A stretch of 64,000 bases of DNA, taken from contig CAZBAK010000002.1 in assembly GCA_964489715.1 (NCBI GenBank), positions 10,266 to 74,265 of the forward strand, given 5' to 3'. This DNA is from an uncultured Tissierella sp. (lineage in GTDB: Bacteria > Bacillota > Clostridia > Tissierellales > Tissierellaceae). Within the stretch, counting starts at the first letter, position 1. Every line of letters begins with the position of its first letter. Position numbers and translations under genes: made by a program. Under the pieces are notes generated by a model. The model searched no databases and had not been told where the DNA came from. It worked only from the letters and a program-made list of their open reading frames with translations. Below are positions 1-9,992 of this stretch, piece by piece.

Positions 1-417
1 TTTTACATCTATAAAGCTACTTTTAGCTACTGTGATACCAGCTGCTATTATAAGGCCAAACACTATGGGCCTTATACCTTCAAATATCCATGCTACATAT
101 TTTGATTTTTTAAACTTTTCTAAAGACGCAAATATTAAACTTATAACTATAAATGAAGGCAGTATAACTGCCAGTGTAGCTGTAGCAGCTCCCACTACTC
201 CGCTTACTCTAAATCCTAAGAATGTAGCTGCATTTACTGCAATAGGACCTGGTGTCATCTCAGAGATTGCAAATATATCTATAAATTCACTACTTGTCAT
301 CCAAGCATGGGTTTTTATAACTTCTTCTTCAAGAAGTGGAAGCATTGCATAGCCACCACCAAAACTAAAGGCTCCTATCTTAAAGAAAGTTATAAAAAGT
401 TGTATTAAAACTTTCAT
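1..417 (-). CDS. Chromate transporter (ChrA/CHR short-chain family), runs off the window edge
   Basis: Not in the ORF track. Manual translation from ATG at 417 gives MKVLIQLFITFFKIGAFSFGGGYAMLPLL...SEMTPGPIAVNAATFLG, with the CHR motifs FGGG and PGP; AGGAG RBS upstream. Confidence 0.88.
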   Translation of the reverse strand, partial: MKVLIQLFITFFKIGAFSFGGGYAMLPLLEEEVIKTHAWMTSSEFIDIFAISEMTPGPIAVNAATFLGFRVSGVVGAATATLAVILPSFIVISLIFASLEKFKKSKYVAWIFEGIRPIVFGLIIAAGITVAKSSFIDVK

Positions 418-427
418 GTATATCTCC

Positions 428-1282
428 TCACTTTTTAAAAGCAAGTACCATTCTATCTAGACCTTGAAGATCCTTTAAATGCCTTATATCCTTAAATCCC
501 TCATCTTCAAAGATCTTTTCAACACTATCAGCCTGATCATAGCCTATTTCAAATATCAATAATCCCCCATCCCTAAGAAAAGCTTTAGCCTCTCCTATTA
601 TTCTTCTATAGAATTCAAGCCCATCTTCTCCCCCATCAAGTGCAAGCTTAGGTTCAAAGTTTTTAACATCCCCTTGTAGGCTATCTATAAGATCACTTCG
701 AATATAGGGGGGATTTGATACTATTATGGAAAACTTTTCATCTCCACCTATATTTTGAAAGATATCACTTTTTCTAAAGCTTACATTTTCAAGATTTAGT
801 CTAGCCTTGTTTTGGCTTGCGATCCTCAGGGCTTCATCTGATATATCTACTCCTAAAACTTCTACATTTTTGCAATTGCTGGCTATGGAAAGAGCTATAG
901 CTCCTGAGCCTATGCCTATATCTAAAAGCCTTATCTTTTCTTCTTTAAAGTTTCTTCCTATATAGTCTATAATAAACTCTACTAAATCCTCAGTTTCAGG
1001 TCTTGGAATTAAAACACCTTTTTCTACAAAAAAATTTAAGCCCATAAACTCTTTTATATTGAAGATATAACTCATAGGCTCTCCACTTGCTCTTCTATCT
1101 ATAAGCTTTAAAAATTCTTCCTCTTTTTCTTTACCTACCCATTTATCTAGATTTGTATATAGATAGGACTTATCCACTTCCAGTAGCTTGCTTAAGATAT
1201 AGATAGATTCTTTTATAGGATCTGCAAAGTCTAACTTCTTTAATCTTGCTCTTCCTTCTTCTAAGAGTTCTTTTATTTCCAC
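428..1282 (-). CDS. prmC: Release factor glutamine methyltransferase PrmC/HemK
   Basis: VLIPRPETE, DIGIGSGAI SAM-binding motif, SNPPY, ALDGGEDGL. Confidence 0.96.
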   Translation of the reverse strand: MEIKELLEEGRARLKKLDFADPIKESIYILSKLLEVDKSYLYTNLDKWVGKEKEEEFLKLIDRRASGEPMSYIFNIKEFMGLNFFVEKGVLIPRPETEDLVEFIIDYIGRNFKEEKIRLLDIGIGSGAIALSIASNCKNVEVLGVDISDEALRIASQNKARLNLENVSFRKSDIFQNIGGDEKFSIIVSNPPYIRSDLIDSLQGDVKNFEPKLALDGGEDGLEFYRRIIGEAKAFLRDGGLLIFEIGYDQADSVEKIFEDEGFKDIRHLKDLQGLDRMVLAFKK

Positions 1283-2220
1283 AGGTCATCCTCCATGTTT
1301 TCTGGAAGCACAGCCTTTAAAGCCTCTATAGCAACTTCTATCTGTTTTTCATCAGGTTCCTTAACAGTTGCAAGCTTTTGAACCATAAGTCCAGGATAAG
1401 ATAGATAATAGCTTAGACGGCTATCACTTTTTCCAATAAGCCTATTTATTTCATAGGAGATTCCCGCTATTACTGGAAACATTAAAACCCTTATGAGGAT
1501 TCTTTGAAGTGGATTTGGCCATCCAAAGAAGGACAGGACAAATACACTTATTATCATGACCATAAATAGGAAACTTGTTCCACATCTTGGATGAAGTATG
1601 GGCTTGGTCTTTACATTTTCTACTGTCAATTCTTCCATACTTTCATAACAATGTATGGATTTATGTTCAGCACCATGATATTCAAATACTCTTCTTATAT
1701 CTTCAAGCTTAGATATCCAAATCACATATATAAAAAATATTGTCATTCTGACAAAACCTTCTATTAGATTTAAAAATATAGGATTTTGAATCCATCTTTT
1801 AAATACGCTGGTTAAAATATTTGGTAGTATCATAAAAACAAGTACTGAAAGAAGAATAGAAAAAGCTACTGTTATAAACATGGCTACATTTTCTGATTTT
1901 TCTTTAAATACTTTTTCAAAAAAACTAGTTTTTTCTTCTCTTTCCTCTTGATCTTCCTCTTCAAAGAATTCTGCAGAATACATCAAGGCATTTGTACCTA
2001 TTACCATAGCCTCAACAAGTCCTACTACACCTCTGAGAAAGGGAAGTCTAAAGATCTTATACTTCTGTCCTATACTGTTTATCTGGTCTATTTTAAGTTC
2101 TATATCATCATCTGGCTTTCTAACCGCTATAGAAATTTTTTCAGGCCCTTTCATCATGACACCTTCAATAAGTGCCTGACCACCGATGCTGGTTTTATGT
2201 TTTAATGGTTTTTCACTCAA
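1273..2220 (-). CDS. DUF1385 (YqhQ-like) membrane protein, putative metal-binding
   Basis: IGGQALIEGVMM, FEYHGAEHK, HPRCGTSF motifs; usual position between rpmE and prmC. Start placed at TTG 2220 (track start 2247). Confidence 0.88.
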   Translation of the reverse strand: MSEKPLKHKTSIGGQALIEGVMMKGPEKISIAVRKPDDDIELKIDQINSIGQKYKIFRLPFLRGVVGLVEAMVIGTNALMYSAEFFEEEDQEEREEKTSFFEKVFKEKSENVAMFITVAFSILLSVLVFMILPNILTSVFKRWIQNPIFLNLIEGFVRMTIFFIYVIWISKLEDIRRVFEYHGAEHKSIHCYESMEELTVENVKTKPILHPRCGTSFLFMVMIISVFVLSFFGWPNPLQRILIRVLMFPVIAGISYEINRLIGKSDSRLSYYLSYPGLMVQKLATVKEPDEKQIEVAIEALKAVLPENMEDDLWK

Positions 2221-2305
2221 GCCTATCACTATCCTTTTTTCTTGCAAAAGTATTTAAAAAAAAGGCTAGATGCCCTTTGCAACTAACCTAGATTTTATGA
2301 AGAAA

Positions 2306-2506
2306 TTAGTCCCTATTATATTTCTTCTTGAATTTTTCTACACGTCCACCACGCTCAGCAAATTTTTGCTTACCTGTGAAAAATGGGTGACATTCTGAAC
2401 AAATTTCTACTTTTAAATTTTCCTGTGTTGAACCTGTCTTAAATGTATTTCCACAAGCACAAGTTACTGTAGCCTCTACATATTCCGGATGAATATCTTT
2501 CTTCAT
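2306..2506 (-). CDS. rpmE: 50S ribosomal protein L31 (zinc-binding type)
   Basis: MKKDIHPEY...CACG...[12 protein letters not shown]; GAGGTG RBS before ATG 2506. Confidence 0.97.
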   Translation of the reverse strand: MKKDIHPEYVEATVTCACGNTFKTGSTQENLKVEICSECHPFFTGKQKFAERGGRVEKFKKKYNRD

Positions 2507-2597
2507 TTCTTTCACCTCTTTCCAAATGTATATATATCATTTAGAGATATTATCATTTTAACCATTAAATTATACCATATGAATTATTCATTATCAA

Positions 2598-3944
2598 CTA
2601 AAATAGATTTTTATTTATTATTTCATTTATAAACTCTTTATTGGATTTTGTCTGAACAAGTCTAGCCATGAAGCTCTCTATAACTTCATAGCTTGGAGAA
2701 GAGCTAAAGGCTTTTCTAATAGCCCAAATAGATTCTAATTCCTCCTGGCTTAGGAGCAGATCCTCTCTTCTAGTTCCAGATTTGTGAATGTCAATAGCAG
2801 GAAATATTCTCTTTTCTGAAAGCTTTCTATCTAGATGTATCTCCATATTTCCTGTTCCCTTAAATTCTTCAAATATTACATCATCCATTCTGCTTCCAGT
2901 ATCTACTAGAGCAGTAGCCAGAATTGTAAGACTTCCGCCTTCTTCTATATTTCTTGCAGCACCAAAAAACCTCTTAGGTATATGAAGAGCTCCTGGATCA
3001 AGTCCACCAGATAGAGTTCTTCCAGTAGCAGGTATAGTAAGATTGTAGGCCCTTGCAAGCCTAGTTATACTGTCTAGTAAGACCACTACATCTTTTCCAT
3101 GTTCAACTAGCCTCTTAGCTCTTTCAAGCACTATTTCTGCAACCTTAGTATGGTTTCTTGGTAGCTCATCAAAGGTACTATAGACCACATCTCCATCTAC
3201 AGTTCTCTTCATATCTGTTACTTCCTCTGGCCTTTCATCTATTAGCAGGATTATCATCTCTACCTCAGGATGATTCTTGGATATGGAATTTGCAATCATC
3301 TTTAAAAGAGTAGTCTTTCCAGCCTTAGGTGGAGAAACTATCATTCCTCTCTGGCCCTTACCCAGGGGAGCTATTAGGTCTATCATACGGGTGGCAAACT
3401 CATTGGAGGATCTTTCAAGCTCCAATCTACTATCTGGATATATGGGAGTTAGGCTATCAAAGTCAGGTCTATTTACAGCTGTTTCAGGATCCAAGTCATT
3501 TATACCCTTTACATATAAAAGAGCTTTAAACTTTTCACTTTGCTTTGCTGGCCTTACAACTCCTGAGATCTTATCTCCAGTTCTCATTCTAAATCTTCTT
3601 ATTTGTGAAGGCGACAGGTAAATATCGTCATTGCCTGATTGATAATTGTCCCTTCTTAAAAAACCATAACCATCGCTATGGATCTCTAAGATTCCCTCAG
3701 CTAAATTTATATTGTCCAATTGTTCCATTTCCTCTGTAGCCTTATCAGATAGGTCCTTCATATCTATCTTTTTAATATCTAGACCTTCATCCTCTCCAGA
3801 TCCATCCTTGGATTTCTTCTGGCTCTTAAGGATAGCTTCTATTAGTTCATATTTTTTATACTTGTATGGACTAGCTATATTTAGATCTTTAGCTATTTCT
3901 CTAAGATCTACAATCTTCTTTTTTTCTAATTCTTCTAAATTCAC
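2598..3944 (-). CDS. rho: Transcription termination factor Rho
   Basis: [40 protein letters not shown]; likely GTG start at 3944 after GAGGAG. Confidence 0.97.
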   Translation of the reverse strand: MNLEELEKKKIVDLREIAKDLNIASPYKYKKYELIEAILKSQKKSKDGSGEDEGLDIKKIDMKDLSDKATEEMEQLDNINLAEGILEIHSDGYGFLRRDNYQSGNDDIYLSPSQIRRFRMRTGDKISGVVRPAKQSEKFKALLYVKGINDLDPETAVNRPDFDSLTPIYPDSRLELERSSNEFATRMIDLIAPLGKGQRGMIVSPPKAGKTTLLKMIANSISKNHPEVEMIILLIDERPEEVTDMKRTVDGDVVYSTFDELPRNHTKVAEIVLERAKRLVEHGKDVVVLLDSITRLARAYNLTIPATGRTLSGGLDPGALHIPKRFFGAARNIEEGGSLTILATALVDTGSRMDDVIFEEFKGTGNMEIHLDRKLSEKRIFPAIDIHKSGTRREDLLLSQEELESIWAIRKAFSSSPSYEVIESFMARLVQTKSNKEFINEIINKNLF

Positions 3945-3957
3945 TTTTAATCTCCTC

Positions 3958-4926
3958 TTATTTTGCATATTCAGGCTTTTTATCAAGCTTGTGAATAGAC
4001 TCTATAAATCTAATAGTTCCAGTCTCAAGTCTCAATACAAGTGAGTGAGTACTAGCTGTATTGTTTTCCATATACTTAACTCCATCTAGAAGTTCACCAT
4101 AGGAAACACCTGTAGCTGCAAAACTCATTTCATCGCCTTTAGCCATATCATCTATGTGATATACTTTCTCTAAGTCACAACCCATTTCTATACATCTTCT
4201 TCTGTGTTCTTCATTAAGGGGTTTTAAAACACCTTGTATTTCTCCTTCTAAACATTTAAGGGCAACAGCTGTTATTACTCCCTCTGGTGCTCCACCAATT
4301 CCCATTAGCATATCAACATTTGTATAGTCAAAGCAGGTAGATATAGCTCCTAGTACATCTCCATCGCTTATCATTTTAATTCTTGCTCCTGCTGCTCTGA
4401 TTTCATTTTTAAGTGTCTCGTGTCTTTCTCTATCAAGTATTGCAACTGTTATATCGCTAACATCCTTATTGAGAGCTTTAGCTACATTGTCAATATTTTC
4501 TTTTGTTGATGCATGTATGTCTATGGAACCTTTGGCCCTTGGACCTACTGCTATTTTGTCCATATATGTGTCTGGTGCATGAAGAAGACATCCCTTAGGT
4601 GCAACACTAACTACTGATATTGCATTTGGAAGACCATTAGCCACAGAAAGAGTTCCATCTAAAGGATCTACAGCTATGTCTATCTCTAGTCCACTGTGGG
4701 TAGGTGTTCCTATCTCTTCCCCAATATAGAGCATTGGCGCTTCATCCATTTCTCCTTCACCTATAACTACTACTCCATCTATATCCAAAGTATCAAACAT
4801 TCTTCTCATAGCATCTACTGCTGCTGCATCAGCGGCATTCTTGTTTCCTTGACCTAAAAGCTTTGCACTTGATAGGGCTGCTGCTTCTGTTACTCTTCCT
4901 AAATTCGATGTTAAGTTTCTATCCAC
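3958..4926 (-). CDS. glpX: Fructose-1,6-bisphosphatase class II
   Basis: RVTEAAAL, IGEGEMDEAPML, AVDPLDGT, GGAPEGV. Confidence 0.95.
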   Translation of the reverse strand: MDRNLTSNLGRVTEAAALSSAKLLGQGNKNAADAAAVDAMRRMFDTLDIDGVVVIGEGEMDEAPMLYIGEEIGTPTHSGLEIDIAVDPLDGTLSVANGLPNAISVVSVAPKGCLLHAPDTYMDKIAVGPRAKGSIDIHASTKENIDNVAKALNKDVSDITVAILDRERHETLKNEIRAAGARIKMISDGDVLGAISTCFDYTNVDMLMGIGGAPEGVITAVALKCLEGEIQGVLKPLNEEHRRRCIEMGCDLEKVYHIDDMAKGDEMSFAATGVSYGELLDGVKYMENNTASTHSLVLRLETGTIRFIESIHKLDKKPEYAK

Positions 4927-5013
4927 AAAATCGCCTCCTGATTGTTTTACCTCTATAAGTTATATTACTAAGTAGTCTATGAGAGACCCTAGAGCCTCCC
5001 ATAGATTGATTTA

Positions 5014-5655
5014 TTATTTTACGCTTTCCCAATCCTTTAAGAATTGTTCTATTCCACTATCTGTAAGTGGATGAACTAACATTTGATTAAATACCTTATA
5101 AGGAATTGTAGCTATGTGAGCTCCAGCTTTTGCAGACTGTAATACATGGATAGGATGTCTTATGCTTGCTGATATGATCTCAGTCTCAATCCCATAGATA
5201 GCAAATATTTCAGCTATATCTTCTACAAGATATATTCCTTCATTTCCTATATCATCCAATCTTCCTACAAAAGGGCTTACATAACTAGCACCAGCTCTTG
5301 CTGCTAAAAGTGCTTGATTAGCAGAAAAGACCAGTGTAACATTAGTTTTAATCCCTTCCTGGTCCATTATCTTTACAGCTTTAAGTCCTTCCTTGGTCAT
5401 TGGTACCTTTATGATTATATTTTTATGAATTTTAACCAGATCTCTTGCCTCTTCTAACATTCCTTGGTGGTCAAGGCTTACTACCTCTGCACTTATAGGT
5501 CCATCTACAATGTCAGTAATTTCTTTTACAACCGTCTTAAAATCTCTTCCTTCTTTAGCTATCAGGCTTGGATTTGTAGTTACTCCCTCAAGTACTCCCC
5601 AACTGCTTACCTCTTTAATTTCATCTAAATTTGCCGTATCAATAAATAGTTTCAT
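5014..5655 (-). CDS. fsa: Fructose-6-phosphate aldolase / transaldolase family 3B
   Basis: [21 protein letters not shown] Schiff-base Lys, [11 protein letters not shown]. Confidence 0.9.
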   Translation of the reverse strand: MKLFIDTANLDEIKEVSSWGVLEGVTTNPSLIAKEGRDFKTVVKEITDIVDGPISAEVVSLDHQGMLEEARDLVKIHKNIIIKVPMTKEGLKAVKIMDQEGIKTNVTLVFSANQALLAARAGASYVSPFVGRLDDIGNEGIYLVEDIAEIFAIYGIETEIISASIRHPIHVLQSAKAGAHIATIPYKVFNQMLVHPLTDSGIEQFLKDWESVK

Positions 5656-5736
5656 AATTTTCCTCCTTTAGGATTCATAGACTATAAATCAGATCTTTTT
5701 CTGATAAATTCTTCTAACAATTTTATTTTTATAAGA

Positions 5737-6597
5737 TTATGCCCTATTTGCAGAACCAAATATTTGCATTTTCTCCATTATGGTCTTTTTCATAGTCTCT
5801 GTAGCCGGTCCCAATATTTTCCTTGGATCTATTTGATCTGGATTTTCTTCTAGGTATTCTTTTACAGCTCTTGCAAAAGAAGCTCTTACATCAGTGTCTA
5901 TATTTATCTTGGAGATTCCCAGTGATATTGCCTTTTTAAGACTTTCTTCTGGCACTCCACTTGAGCCATGAAGTACTAGTGGCACATCTACTAGCTCTCT
6001 AATAGCTTTGATTCTGTCAAAATCAATTCTTGGCTCCCCTTGATATACACCGTGAGCTGTTCCAACTGCTATTGCTAAATAATCTACCCCTGTCTCTTCT
6101 ACAAATCTCTTAGCCTCTTGCGGGTCTGTAAAAGTTGCATCTTCTTCACTTACACTTATATGGTCTTCTGTTCCCCCTATTTTACCTAGCTCTGCTTCAA
6201 CAGTAACTCCAACCATATGTGCTATTTCCACTACTTTTTTAGTGAACTCTATGTTTTCTTCTAAAGGAAATCTTGAACCGTCTATCATAACAGATGTAAA
6301 GCCATTTCTAATACATTGCATAACTTGATCAAAATCAGTTCCATGGTCTAAATGTAGAGCTACAGGAACCTTAGCTGAATTAGCTGCTAGTTTTCCCAGG
6401 GCAGCTATATAATCAACTCCTGCATACTTTAGTCCTCCCTGGCTTGCTTGAAGAATTACTGGAGAGTTCAGCTCTTCTGCTGCTCCAATAATAGCTTGAA
6501 TTATCTCCATATTATTTACATTGAATGCACCTACTGCATATCCATTTTTTTGTGCATCCAATAACAATTCCTTACCCGTCATCAACACATATATCAC
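5737..6597 (-). CDS. fba: Class II fructose-bisphosphate aldolase
   Basis: YAVGAFN, LHLDHG, SVMIDGS, GTAHG, LVLHGSSG, KINIDT. True start may be GTG at 6588. Confidence 0.93.
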   Translation of the reverse strand: MIYVLMTGKELLLDAQKNGYAVGAFNVNNMEIIQAIIGAAEELNSPVILQASQGGLKYAGVDYIAALGKLAANSAKVPVALHLDHGTDFDQVMQCIRNGFTSVMIDGSRFPLEENIEFTKKVVEIAHMVGVTVEAELGKIGGTEDHISVSEEDATFTDPQEAKRFVEETGVDYLAIAVGTAHGVYQGEPRIDFDRIKAIRELVDVPLVLHGSSGVPEESLKKAISLGISKINIDTDVRASFARAVKEYLEENPDQIDPRKILGPATETMKKTIMEKMQIFGSANRA

Positions 6598-6671
6598 CTT
6601 TCCTTTTATTAGTTAGCCCTATTATATCATTTTAAAGAGCTTTTAACAATAAAGTATGCACAAATAGAGCC

Positions 6672-9600
6672 TTATAGGGAGATTATCTTTTCCAGGTAAG
6701 TAGAATAAATTAAAAGTTTAGTTACCTTTTTCCCTTCTTCCCCTAGCCTATCTTCTATTACCCTTTTGTAGATCTCTAATTGCTTGCTATATCTTTCTTT
6801 AAATAATTCCCTGCTTTGGCCTTCCCCTACTATGTCTGTCTTATAATCTATTATTACTAGATTGCCATCCTTTAGTTCTATTAAAAGATCTATATATCCA
6901 TTTACTAGGGCTTTTTCTGCCCCCTGCCTTTTGTCTATGAAAAGGGGATCTATAGGAGAGCTAAAGGGAAATTCTGTAAAGATTCTTTTAGAGTTAGAGA
7001 TCAAATCTACTACTTCTTTATTTTTTAAAAATGAATTTAAGGTCTCTTCTAAGTTTAACTTTAAAAAGCTTTCTACTTGTAATTTTATATTTGTCCTATC
7101 TTCTTCATTAAAGTCAAGAGCTGGATAAAGTCCCTTGAGAATAAAACTATCTATTTCTAGGTCCTCCAGGGATTCTTTTATAGACAGGCCTATGGCATAG
7201 TTCTTTTCTTCTAAGATCTCTTGTAAATCTCTCTTGTTTTTTAATAGTATTTGCAAGGCCCTATGAACCATATCTCCATATATTTTCCCCCTGGGACTTG
7301 TCCTATTGTTTATAAGTTCTAAATTATCCCTTCTCTCCTTAAAACTATCTAAGCTGGAGGGACTCATCTTTAGATAGCTAGGTTTAGATACTCCCAACTT
7401 ATTTTTAAGGAGATTTGTAATTCTTATTTCTTCTAGCTTTCTAGGAGTAAAACTATCTTTCATCTCTGGACTCTCTATGGAGGGCTCATCTAGTATCTCC
7501 AATTCTCCTTGAGATAGGGGGGCTAGAAAAGCTCTTTCTTCAGCAATTCTAGGAGTTACTAAAACAGACTTGCTCCTAGTTGCGGCAACATATATAAGCC
7601 TATCTAATTCTGCATCCTTAAACATTTTTTCCCTATCACTTCTTATACTTTCCTCAGGGCATCTTACCAGGGTACTTCTCTTGAAAACCAAGTATCCTAG
7701 ATTTTCATCCCCTACTTTTTCCACATAATGGCTATCTCCACCTAGGGTCCTGTTCTTATCACTTCCAGCTAATACAACTATCTCAGCTTCTAAACCCTTG
7801 GCCTTGTGTATATTCATTACCCTAACTGCATTTTCTGCAAAGCTCAGATCTATAGGCAGCTCATAGTTTACCTTTTCATCTATTATTCTTCTTAATTCCT
7901 CTCTTATACTGTAGAGACTTATAGGTCTTTTAGACTTTAGTATCTCTAGGGCTTGTACAAGAGAGGAATCCGCATCTCTTTTTTCTATCTGACTATATTC
8001 TTTATGAAGATCATATATGCCTAACTTATTTTTTATTAAAAGTTCTATAAATGCAATAGGTCTTTCTCTCTCAGAAGCTAGAAAGATCTCCCTCAAATGG
8101 AAAAAAGCTTCTTTTACATGGGGGTGTTTTAAGTCCTTGATCTTTTCCTCATTCATAATTATATCTTTTAAGCCTTCTTCTCCTAGGCTTAAGTTTATAC
8201 TTTCAAGTTCTAGATAAAAGCTATTTCTAAGAACAGCTACAAGTTTGATCTTATCCCTATAGTCAATCAATAGATCTACTAGTAAAAACAGATTTAATAC
8301 TTCCCTAGTATCTCCCAGCCTTTTTTCTCCTGCTAGAAGGGCTGGTATATTTCTTTCCTTAAGGGCATTTAGGTATCTTCCTGTTTCCTCATTGCTCTTG
8401 GTTAGGATCATTATATCTTTATTTTCTACCCTTCTGGTATTTATATGCCCCCTGCCTAGTTTTTCATCAATATAGCCATTTTTAATAATATCTTCAATTA
8501 GGCCTGCCACATAGTCTTCTTCCTTAACTTCTAGTTCCTGGGAAAAATCATACCCATATACTCCAGAGAATTTTTCCCCTTCTTCCATCTCTCTATTGGC
8601 CTTCCAGAGGCTTAGTATTTTTTCAAAACCAGCCTGAAAATTTGTGGATTTCTCCCTAAAGGCAAATCCATCTTCCCTATTCTTAAAATTCTCTTCCACC
8701 CACCTACATATAAAGTCTGTAGATCTAAAGTTTATATCTAAGTAAACAACTTCACCTCTAGCCTCTATTATTCTTTTTACACTTTCATAGATAGTTATAT
8801 CTGCCCTTCTAAATCTATATATAGATTGTTTAGGATCCCCTACTATGAAAAGCGAACCCTCTCTAGGGCTTACATCTTCCAAGGATTCTAACCCTTCTAG
8901 ATCACCCTCATGGCTCAGCAACAATAGGAGCTCCGCCTGCATAGGATCCGTGTCTTGAGCTTCATCTATGTAGAAGTATTTAAACTTACCTTTAAAGTGT
9001 TCTCTTGCCTTCTTTGAATTTCTTATAAGCTTAGAGGCTCTAAAAAGCAAATCGTTAAAGGTCAGCCTATTTGTATAGGCTTTGTCTTTATATTGGACTA
9101 TCCTATTTGAAAAGTCTATGGCCATATTATATATGCTGGCATTTAGGTCTTTATATATGGAAAACAGGTCCTCTATAAAATTTACTATCTCTTCTGCTCC
9201 TGGACTTTTTAAGTGTTTTTTATATAAGAACTTGCTGGCTAGATCTTCATCTTCATCTAGTTTTACAAATTCTGTCAATATTTCCTCTATATAGTGTTCA
9301 AAATCCTTTTTTTCTTCTATCATACTTATAAATAGCTTGCCTAGATTGGAGCCAGTCTTTATATAGGAGGGATCCAGTTCTTTTGCATCCAAGGATTCAA
9401 AACTATCTTTTATATCTTTAAATTTTCTTCCTTTAGAAAAGCCAGTGAATTTAACATCTGGATTGTCCATGGCTACAAATGTAGCACTTTTAAAGTCCCT
9501 ATAGTCAACTCCAAAGAGATTTAAGATCTCTAGATCATCCTTGTATTCATCTTCAAACTCTCTTAAATATTCATACCATATATTATTATAAAACTCCTGG

Positions 9601-9989
9601 CTGTCTTCTATAATTTCATAGCCTGGGGTAAGTCCAGCTTCAAAGGGCATTTCCCTTAAAAGTAGCTCACAAAATGAGTGTATGGTGCCTGTAAAGATTT
9701 CCTCTACTCTTTCCAGCTTGTCCCTAGCATAGGCATATTTTTCTTGGGAGAGATAATCCAAGGCCTTTCTCTGTATTCTTTCAGCCAGTTCTAGAGAGGC
9801 AGCCTTTGTAAAGGTTATGGCCACAATATTTCCTGGATCTATATCTCCATCTATAATATGATTTATTACTCTTTCTACTATAATTGTAGTTTTCCCAGCT
9901 CCAGCTCCAGCTTCCAGCAGATAGTTCTTATTGAAATTATTTACTATTTCCTCTCTCTTTTCCATTTCTAACTCTATAAGTTTTTCCAT
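6672..9989 (-). CDS. AddA-like UvrD helicase with C-terminal PD-(D/E)XK nuclease
   Basis: AGAGAGKT, TFTKAA, TIHSFC, DEAQD, VGDPKQSIYRFR, IHKAKGLE, YVAATRS; nuclease motifs GYIDLL and IIDYKT..QLEIY. Confidence 0.88.
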   Translation of the reverse strand: MEKLIELEMEKREEIVNNFNKNYLLEAGAGAGKTTIIVERVINHIIDGDIDPGNIVAITFTKAASLELAERIQRKALDYLSQEKYAYARDKLERVEEIFTGTIHSFCELLLREMPFEAGLTPGYEIIEDSQEFYNNIWYEYLREFEDEYKDDLEILNLFGVDYRDFKSATFVAMDNPDVKFTGFSKGRKFKDIKDSFESLDAKELDPSYIKTGSNLGKLFISMIEEKKDFEHYIEEILTEFVKLDEDEDLASKFLYKKHLKSPGAEEIVNFIEDLFSIYKDLNASIYNMAIDFSNRIVQYKDKAYTNRLTFNDLLFRASKLIRNSKKAREHFKGKFKYFYIDEAQDTDPMQAELLLLLSHEGDLEGLESLEDVSPREGSLFIVGDPKQSIYRFRRADITIYESVKRIIEARGEVVYLDINFRSTDFICRWVEENFKNREDGFAFREKSTNFQAGFEKILSLWKANREMEEGEKFSGVYGYDFSQELEVKEEDYVAGLIEDIIKNGYIDEKLGRGHINTRRVENKDIMILTKSNEETGRYLNALKERNIPALLAGEKRLGDTREVLNLFLLVDLLIDYRDKIKLVAVLRNSFYLELESINLSLGEEGLKDIIMNEEKIKDLKHPHVKEAFFHLREIFLASERERPIAFIELLIKNKLGIYDLHKEYSQIEKRDADSSLVQALEILKSKRPISLYSIREELRRIIDEKVNYELPIDLSFAENAVRVMNIHKAKGLEAEIVVLAGSDKNRTLGGDSHYVEKVGDENLGYLVFKRSTLVRCPEESIRSDREKMFKDAELDRLIYVAATRSKSVLVTPRIAEERAFLAPLSQGELEILDEPSIESPEMKDSFTPRKLEEIRITNLLKNKLGVSKPSYLKMSPSSLDSFKERRDNLELINNRTSPRGKIYGDMVHRALQILLKNKRDLQEILEEKNYAIGLSIKESLEDLEIDSFILKGLYPALDFNEEDRTNIKLQVESFLKLNLEETLNSFLKNKEVVDLISNSKRIFTEFPFSSPIDPLFIDKRQGAEKALVNGYIDLLIELKDGNLVIIDYKTDIVGEGQSRELFKERYSKQLEIYKRVIEDRLGEEGKKVTKLLIYSTYLEKIISL

Positions 9990-9992
9990 TAT

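Noticed and set aside
32-352. Plus-strand 106-aa ORF and the many other short ORFs antisense to long genes (e.g. 3277-3621, 33614-33937, 44027-44506, 49265-49543)
   Set aside because: These are shadow frames opposite well-supported genes, with no RBS or family motifs.
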